This document shows positions 60,335-64,000 of a stretch of 64,000 bases of DNA, piece by piece. The stretch is from IMG/VR virus record IMGVR_UViG_3300026512_000008, positions 3,494 through 67,493 of that record; one strand, written 5' to 3'. The notes beneath the pieces are model-generated. The model worked only from the letters and a program-made list of their open reading frames with translations. It had not been told where the DNA came from and did no database searches. The DNA comes from a virus. How positions within the stretch are numbered: the first letter of the stretch is position 1; each line of letters starts with the position of its first letter. Made by a program: the position numbers and the translations under genes.

Positions 60335-60510
60335 AAAATAAAAAGAATTTGTAAATTTATACTATTTTAAGTAAAAATTAACACTTTTTTAGTTATAATA
60401 ATATAAATAAAACAATAAAAATAAAAATAAAAAGAATTTGTAAATTTATACTATTTTAAGTAAAAATTAACACTTTTTTAGTTATAATAATATAAATAAA
60501 ACAATAAAAA
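60335..60510. repeat. 89-bp tandem repeat x2 with TTAAG-N6-TTAAC-N11-TATAAT and TATAAATA
   Basis: GTTATAAT at 60392 and 60481. Confidence 0.9.
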
Positions 60511-60525
60511 CAAAAGGAATTTAAA

Positions 60526-60651
60526 ATGTTTACATTAAATATAAAACATATTATTGTTACAAATACGAATAAACAGATTAGTATTCCAACAACTGAACAT
60601 AATGAGAATTATGAACAGTATCAAAATCAAAGAGATACCTTAAAGATTTAA
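60526..60651 (+). CDS. 41-aa leader peptide of tRNA array 1
   Basis: AAGGA RBS; MFTLNIKHIIVTNTNKQISIPTTEHNENYEQYQNQRDTLKI. Confidence 0.7.
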   Translation: MFTLNIKHIIVTNTNKQISIPTTEHNENYEQYQNQRDTLKI

Positions 60652-60691
60652 TTAAAGCGCTTTTAAAAGAGAGTTTTAATTAACTCTTTTT
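60642..60691 (+). promoter_or_regulatory. Attenuator-like alternative hairpins
   Basis: 60648-60658 pairs with 60673-60683 (covers the stop codon), versus 60667-60675 with 60682-60690 ending in a U-run. Confidence 0.6.
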
Positions 60692-60808
60692 GTCTAGCGA
60701 AATTCCTCTAGAACTTGTTCAAGTTCTAAAATTTCCTAAAAACAAAATTAGTTATAATGTTAAAATATACAGAAATGTATAATGTGGTTACTAAGTTATC
60801 CACCATAT

Positions 60809-60883
60809 TGTCTTGTAGCTCAAAGGAAGAGCATTCGGCTGATAACCGGAAGGTTGAGATTTCAAAATTCTCCAAGACAACCA
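60809..60883 (+). tRNA. tRNA-Ile(GAT)
   Basis: Cloverleaf; loop CT-GAT-AA; CCA. Confidence 0.9.
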
Positions 60884-60898
60884 AAAAAAAAAATAAAT

Positions 60899-60975
60899 GC
60901 CGGTTTAGCTCAGATGGTTAGAGCGACTGCCTTGTAAGCAGTAGGCCTGGGGTTCGAATCCTCAAACCGGCACCA
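60899..60975 (+). tRNA. tRNA-Thr(TGT)
   Basis: ACTGC-CTTGTAA-GCAGT; CCA. Confidence 0.95.
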
Positions 60976-60976
60976 T

Positions 60977-61050
60977 GACGCTATAGATTATTGGTAGATC
61001 ACCGTACTTTCAATTCGGTAGGCCGGGGTCAGTACCCGGTAGCGTCACCA
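60977..61050 (+). tRNA. tRNA-Glu(TTC)
   Basis: GACGCTA/TAGCGTC acceptor; loop CT-TTC-AA; atypical T loop. Confidence 0.8.
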
Positions 61051-61053
61051 TTT

Positions 61054-61141
61054 GGATAAGAGGCAACTATTGGTTGGTTGCACCAGACTGTAAATCTGTT
61101 CTCAAAAAGCGTTCGCGGTTCGATTCCGTGCTTATCCACCA
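61054..61141 (+). tRNA. tRNA-Tyr(GTA)
   Basis: Loop CT-GTA-AA; long variable region; CCA. Confidence 0.85.
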
Positions 61142-61146
61142 TATAT

Positions 61147-61220
61147 TGAGGTATAGTATAATGGCATTACATCCGACTTTGACTCGGATAACGGGGGATC
61201 GTTACCTCCTACCTCAACCA
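61147..61220 (+). tRNA. tRNA-Gln(TTG)
   Basis: U1:A72; TCCGA-CTTTGAC-TCGGA; CCA. Confidence 0.9.
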
Positions 61221-61242
61221 TAATAAATGTTAAATATTTTGC

Positions 61243-61315
61243 TCTGCTATAACACAACTGGTAGTGTATCGAGCTGTTAACTCGAAGGTTCCTGGATCGT
61301 ACCCAGGTAGCAGAG
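61243..61315 (+). tRNA. tRNA-Asn(GTT), CCA not encoded
   Basis: TCGAG-CTGTTAA-CTCGA; ends G then CAA. Confidence 0.85.
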
Positions 61316-61364
61316 CAAAGTATTTTCGTAAATATTAAAAATACTAAAAACAAAAGGAAACACT

Positions 61365-61409
61365 ATGAAGAGTGAAAAAATTATAGTCGTTGCTTGGGAG
61401 TTTGATTAA
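61365..61409 (+). CDS. 14-aa leader peptide MKSEKIIVVAWEFD upstream of tRNA-Lys
   Basis: CAAAAGGAAA RBS like the other leaders; 3' half lies within an alternative hairpin. Confidence 0.65.
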   Translation: MKSEKIIVVAWEFD

Positions 61410-61454
61410 CTCTTAGGATGCGACTTAAAATAAAGAACAAATAATTTTTAAGTT

Positions 61455-61532
61455 GCATCCGTGAGTAGAATTGGTTAGTACACTCCGCTTTTAACGGAGA
61501 CTATGTGGGTTCGAGTCCCACCGGATGCACCA
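61455..61532 (+). tRNA. tRNA-Lys(TTT)
   Basis: GCATCCG/CGGATGC; CTCCG-CTTTTAA-CGGAG; CCA. Confidence 0.9.
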
Positions 61533-61536
61533 ATAA

Positions 61537-61629
61537 GCAGGTGTTACTCTAGTTGGTCGACGAGACCGGACTTTTAATCCGGCGTGGATAATATCCCCAT
61601 CGTAGGTTCAAATCCTACCATCTGTACCA
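61537..61629 (+). tRNA. tRNA with TTT (Lys) anticodon and Leu-like long variable arm
   Basis: CCGGA-CTTTTAA-TCCGG; 93 nt; CCA. Confidence 0.8.
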
Positions 61630-61696
61630 AAAAAAAATATATCTAGCATAAAATGTAAGTGAACTTAATAACAGTCACCTATCACTTACATTTTAT

Positions 61697-61771
61697 GGTG
61701 AATATAGTCTAATGGTAAGACGCCAGTCTGTGAAACTGGTTATTCCGGATCATTACCGGATATTCACACCA
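61697..61771 (+). tRNA. tRNA-His(GTG) with G-1 and A73
   Basis: CCAGT-CTGTGAA-ACTGG; CCA. Confidence 0.85.
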
Positions 61772-61777
61772 AAAAAT

Positions 61778-61864
61778 AGTAGCGTGCCTGAGTGGTCCAA
61801 AGGAGCCGGCTGATAACCGGTGACATTTATTGTCTCGTCAGTTCGAATCTGACCGTTACTACCA
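61778..61864 (+). tRNA. tRNA with GAT (Ile) anticodon and long variable arm
   Basis: GCCGG-CTGATAA-CCGGT; GACA/TGTC variable stem; CCA. Confidence 0.8.
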
Positions 61865-61872
61865 AAAAATAT

Positions 61873-61946
61873 GCCGAATTAGTATAATAGAATTATTCTG
61901 CTTTTGTAATGCAGAGACAGGGGAGCGTAACCTCTATTCGGCACCA
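61873..61946 (+). tRNA. tRNA-Thr(TGT), divergent second copy
   Basis: Loop TT-TGT-AA; atypical D and T loops; CCA. Confidence 0.75.
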
Positions 61947-61964
61947 TAAAATTTATAAAAAAAT

Positions 61965-61986
61965 TTAAGTAAATGTTTGTTATAAT
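61965..61986 (+). promoter_or_regulatory. Promoter TTAAGTA-N7-GTTATAAT for tRNA array 2
   Basis: Recurrent motif. Confidence 0.7.
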
Positions 61987-62108
61987 ACAACATAAACAAA
62001 AAAAGGTTAAAAAGAATATACAAATTCTTTTAAGAATATAGTGTTTTTAACACTTTTTATATTTCAAAAATATAAATAAAACAATAAATAAACAAAAAGG
62101 AAATACAG

Positions 62109-62252
62109 ATGTCAAACATATTAAACAACTCATTATCAGTTATGTTACCTGTCGGATCGTTTAGACCTATGGCATCTGTGGCCTTTATACCTGCTATATC
62201 TAGTCTGGATTGTGATTTGGGTATATGGGGAAACTTACCAAGCATTAATTAA
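62109..62252 (+). CDS. 47-aa leader peptide of tRNA array 2
   Basis: AAGGA RBS; MSNILNNSLSVMLPVGSFRPMASVAFIPAISSLDCDLGIWGNLPSIN. Confidence 0.7.
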   Translation: MSNILNNSLSVMLPVGSFRPMASVAFIPAISSLDCDLGIWGNLPSIN

Positions 62253-62300
62253 AACTTTTAAATTCATTTTTAAGAGCTTTAATTAGTTCTTAAAATGTTT
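62246..62300 (+). promoter_or_regulatory. Attenuator-like alternative hairpins
   Basis: 62246-62262 pairs with 62269-62285 (covers the stop codon), versus 62268-62278 with 62285-62295 (TTAATT loop). Confidence 0.6.
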
Positions 62301-62408
62301 CAAAAAGAGTTTTAACTTCGTTTACTTCTTAGAAAGTACAACAAAAACAAAACTTCAAAAACTTTTTACTAACTATAATTTTTATAGAATACTAATGTAT
62401 TCTTAAAT

Positions 62409-62483
62409 GGTCCTATAGCTCAGAGGCAGAGCGTTCCGTTGTCTGCGGAAATGTCGAGATTTCAAAATTCTCTAGGATCGCCA
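62409..62483 (+). tRNA. tRNA-Asp(GTC)
   Basis: TTCCG-TTGTCTG-CGGAA; G73; CCA. Confidence 0.85.
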
Positions 62484-62488
62484 AAAAT

Positions 62489-62584
62489 GGAGACATCAAC
62501 CGAAATTGGTATCGGCCTGGTCTTGAAAACCAGTCATCGGATGAGTAATTCGATGTGTCGGTTCGACCCCGACTGTCTCCTCCA
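62489..62584 (+). tRNA. tRNA-Ser(TGA)
   Basis: CTGGT-CTTGAAA-ACCAG; long variable arm. Confidence 0.9.
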
Positions 62585-62616
62585 GATTTTTGTCAATGAA
62601 GACATAAAAATAATAT

Positions 62617-62691
62617 ATGGGTGTAGGAAAATGGAAATCCGCTACTTTTGGGAAGTAGAGATAGTGAGATCGATACTCACCACCCGTACCA
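62617..62691 (+). tRNA. tRNA-Pro(TGG)
   Basis: CTACT-TTTGGGA-AGTAG; CCA. Confidence 0.85.
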
Positions 62692-62696
62692 TTAAT

Positions 62697-62772
62697 GGAC
62701 AAGTAGCACAATTGGTAGTGCCATCCGCTCATAACGGATAGGTTGCTGGTTCAAATCCAGTCTTGTCCACCA
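62697..62772 (+). tRNA. tRNA-CAT (Ile2 or elongator Met)
   Basis: ATCCG-CTCATAA-CGGAT; paired G1:C72 so not an initiator; C4:G69 favours Ile2. Confidence 0.85.
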
Positions 62773-62787
62773 TTAAGTAAAAATTAT

Positions 62788-62864
62788 GGGGTATAGCTGT
62801 GGGCAGCAGATTTCTTTTGCAAGGAGATTGTTTTAAGTCGGTTCGATTCCGATGTACTCCACCA
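62788..62864 (+). tRNA. tRNA-Ala(TGC), atypical
   Basis: G3:U70; loop TT-TGC-AA; irregular D arm. Confidence 0.7.
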
Positions 62865-62880
62865 TAAAATGTCAAAAAAT

Positions 62881-62955
62881 GGGCTTATAGTATAATTGGG
62901 AATACGCTACCCTTGCAAGGTAGTATTCGGGGTTCAAGTCCCCGTAGGTCCACCA
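62881..62955 (+). tRNA. tRNA-Ala(TGC)
   Basis: G3:U70; CTACC-CTTGCAA-GGTAG. Confidence 0.92.
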
Positions 62956-62974
62956 TAAAGTAAAAAAAATATAT

Positions 62975-63048
62975 GCCCGATTAGTTCAATGGCAGAACAC
63001 TTCGCTTACATCGAAGAGACGAATGATCGATACATTCATTGGGTACCA
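62975..63048 (+). tRNA. tRNA-Val(TAC)
   Basis: CTTCG-CTTACAT-CGAAG; CCA. Confidence 0.88.
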
Positions 63049-63057
63049 AAAATAAAT

Positions 63058-63133
63058 GTTCACTTAGCTAAGATGGTCTAAGCGTCCGGTTGAAGCCCGG
63101 AAGATCCAGGATCGTTACCTGGAGTGAACACCA
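63058..63133 (+). tRNA. tRNA-Phe(GAA)
   Basis: TCCGG-TTGAAGC-CCGGA; CCA. Confidence 0.88.
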
Positions 63134-63155
63134 TTATTACAAATGTTAAAAATAC

Positions 63156-63231
63156 GCGGGTATGACAGAATGACATTATGTGCTAGTCTTCCAAACTAGA
63201 TACCCCGGTTTGATTCCGGGTACCCGCTCCA
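63156..63231 (+). tRNA. tRNA-Gly(TCC)
   Basis: GCGGGTA acceptor, U73; CTAGT-CTTCCAA-ACTAG. Confidence 0.9.
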
Positions 63232-63246
63232 AATAAAGGTAATAAA

Positions 63247-63426
63247 ATGAAAGATGAAATGAACAGGCCAAAAGGTAAGTACACTGAAACTTTTACAAAA
63301 GTTTATAAAGGTGTAACATACACAATGACAGAAACAACTGTTATCGGAAGAGATTCAGAAATTATGAATTTTCAAAGAGAATATAGTCCAGGCATTAAAT
63401 ACCCAATAACATTTGAAGAAATGTAA
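63247..63426 (+). CDS. 59-aa hypothetical protein within the tRNA array
   Basis: AAGGT RBS; MKDEMNRPKGKYTETF...FEEM. Confidence 0.55.
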   Translation: MKDEMNRPKGKYTETFTKVYKGVTYTMTETTVIGRDSEIMNFQREYSPGIKYPITFEEM

Positions 63427-63444
63427 AACACTTAAAAAAAGTAC

Positions 63445-63521
63445 GCTCCTATATGCCAATCGGTAGAGCAGTCCGGCTTAGACCCGGTGCAGTCTCAGTT
63501 CGACTCTGAGTGGGAGTACCA
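63445..63521 (+). tRNA. tRNA-Leu(TAG) with short variable loop
   Basis: CCGG-CTTAGAC-CCGG; 77 nt; CCA. Confidence 0.8.
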
Positions 63522-63534
63522 AAAAATTATAAAA

Positions 63535-63626
63535 GCGGACATGGCGAAGCTGGTTGAAACGCAACGGACTTAAAATCCGTCACAGATAAGTTCACATCGT
63601 AGGTTCAACTCCTACTGTCCGCACCA
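63535..63626 (+). tRNA. tRNA-Leu(TAA)
   Basis: ACGGA-CTTAAAA-TCCGT; long variable region. Confidence 0.9.
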
Positions 63627-63631
63627 AATAT

Positions 63632-63707
63632 AGGTCGTTGGTGTAATTGGTAACATTACGGATTCCAAATCCGTCAGATGCAAGTTCAAATCTTGTGCGA
63701 CCTGCCA
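63632..63707 (+). tRNA. tRNA-Trp(CCA)
   Basis: ACGGA-TTCCAAA-TCCGT; G73. Confidence 0.9.
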
Positions 63708-63722
63708 AAAGTTAATAAGTTT

Positions 63723-63744
63723 TTAAGTAAACTTTAGTTATAAT
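63723..63744 (+). promoter_or_regulatory. Promoter TTAAGTA-N7-GTTATAAT
   Basis: Recurrent motif. Confidence 0.7.
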
Positions 63745-63793
63745 AGTAACATAACAAAAGACACTTTATAAATAAGTGTAATTTTAATAAATA

Positions 63794-63878
63794 TGCCGTC
63801 GTGTATCAACTGGATGATAAACGGTCTTCTAAACCGTAGCGTAAGCTTATGTGGGTTCGAGTCCCTCCGGCGGTACCA
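63794..63878 (+). tRNA. tRNA-Arg(TCT) with extended variable arm
   Basis: ACGGT-CTTCTAA-ACCGT; AGC-GTAA-GCT variable hairpin. Confidence 0.85.
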
Positions 63879-63879
63879 T

Positions 63880-63964
63880 GGAGACGACACCTAAGGTAGG
63901 TAAAGTGATTGCTAATCACTGGCTGGTAACACAGTAGTGGGTTCGATTCTCACCGTCTCCTCCA
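63880..63964 (+). tRNA. tRNA-Ser(GCT)
   Basis: AGTGA-TTGCTAA-TCACT; long variable arm. Confidence 0.88.
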
Positions 63965-64000
63965 TTTGTATATTATAAGGCTACTTTCAACAGCAAAGTA

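Noticed and set aside
60108-60510. Repeats as a CRISPR array
   Set aside because: Head-to-tail units with no unique spacers and no cas genes
61132-62741. Track ORFs 61132-61353(-), 62057-62245(-), 62439-62741(+), 62496-62732(-)
   Set aside because: They overlap tRNA genes or are antisense to the RBS-supported leader at 62109
63247-63426. 59-aa ORF as a fourth leader peptide
   Set aside because: Contains no Leu or Trp although Leu, Leu and Trp tRNAs follow, and no alternative hairpin was seen at its stop; treated as an ordinary small gene
63445-63521. Stop-codon suppressor or alternative genetic code
   Set aside because: Anticodon TAG reads CUA (Leu) and TGA at 62489 reads UCA (Ser); no CTA/TTA/TCA anticodon is present, and TAG and TGA end genes normally
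63979-64000. Possible start of another tRNA or tRNA-like RNA (GGCTACTTTCAACAGCAA)
   Set aside because: Truncated by the window edge; cannot be folded

Overview
Very AT-rich, entirely plus-strand 64-kb segment of a large T4-like myophage. The host is probably Gram-negative and of Campylobacterota type (inferred from AAGGA RBSs, TTAAG-N11-TATAAT promoters, a Hef-like endonuclease and a TonB-dependent receptor). 1-6.4 kb: neck gp13, tail tube gp19, gp2, protease gp21, scaffold gp22, capsid gp23, then a free-standing Hef-like homing endonuclease. 8.3-18.8 kb: baseplate gp25/gp6/gp7 and tail fibres. 18.8-27.6 kb: accessory module (U32-like Fe-S protein, frameshifted methyltransferase, HxH fibre-like proteins, DUF401-like transporter, TonB-dependent receptor). 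27.6-48.2 kb: modification island with 11 radical SAM enzymes, a Cys-rich candidate substrate, 5 glycosyltransferase-like genes, split transketolase, NAD epimerase and two deacetylases. 48-57 kb: more virion proteins, including a split sheath paralogue. 57.3-60 kb: phage-encoded two-component system and a secreted protein. 60.1-64 kb: promoter repeats and 25 tRNA genes. Most notable signal: each tRNA array is preceded by an unannotated short leader ORF whose amino-acid and codon content mirrors the downstream tRNAs, with mutually exclusive hairpins over its stop codon. This suggests attenuation-like, tRNA-depletion-sensing control of phage tRNA operons. A third leader can fold into a switch that sequesters tRNA-Lys(UUU). 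All calls are from manual motif reading; no searches or folding programs were run.
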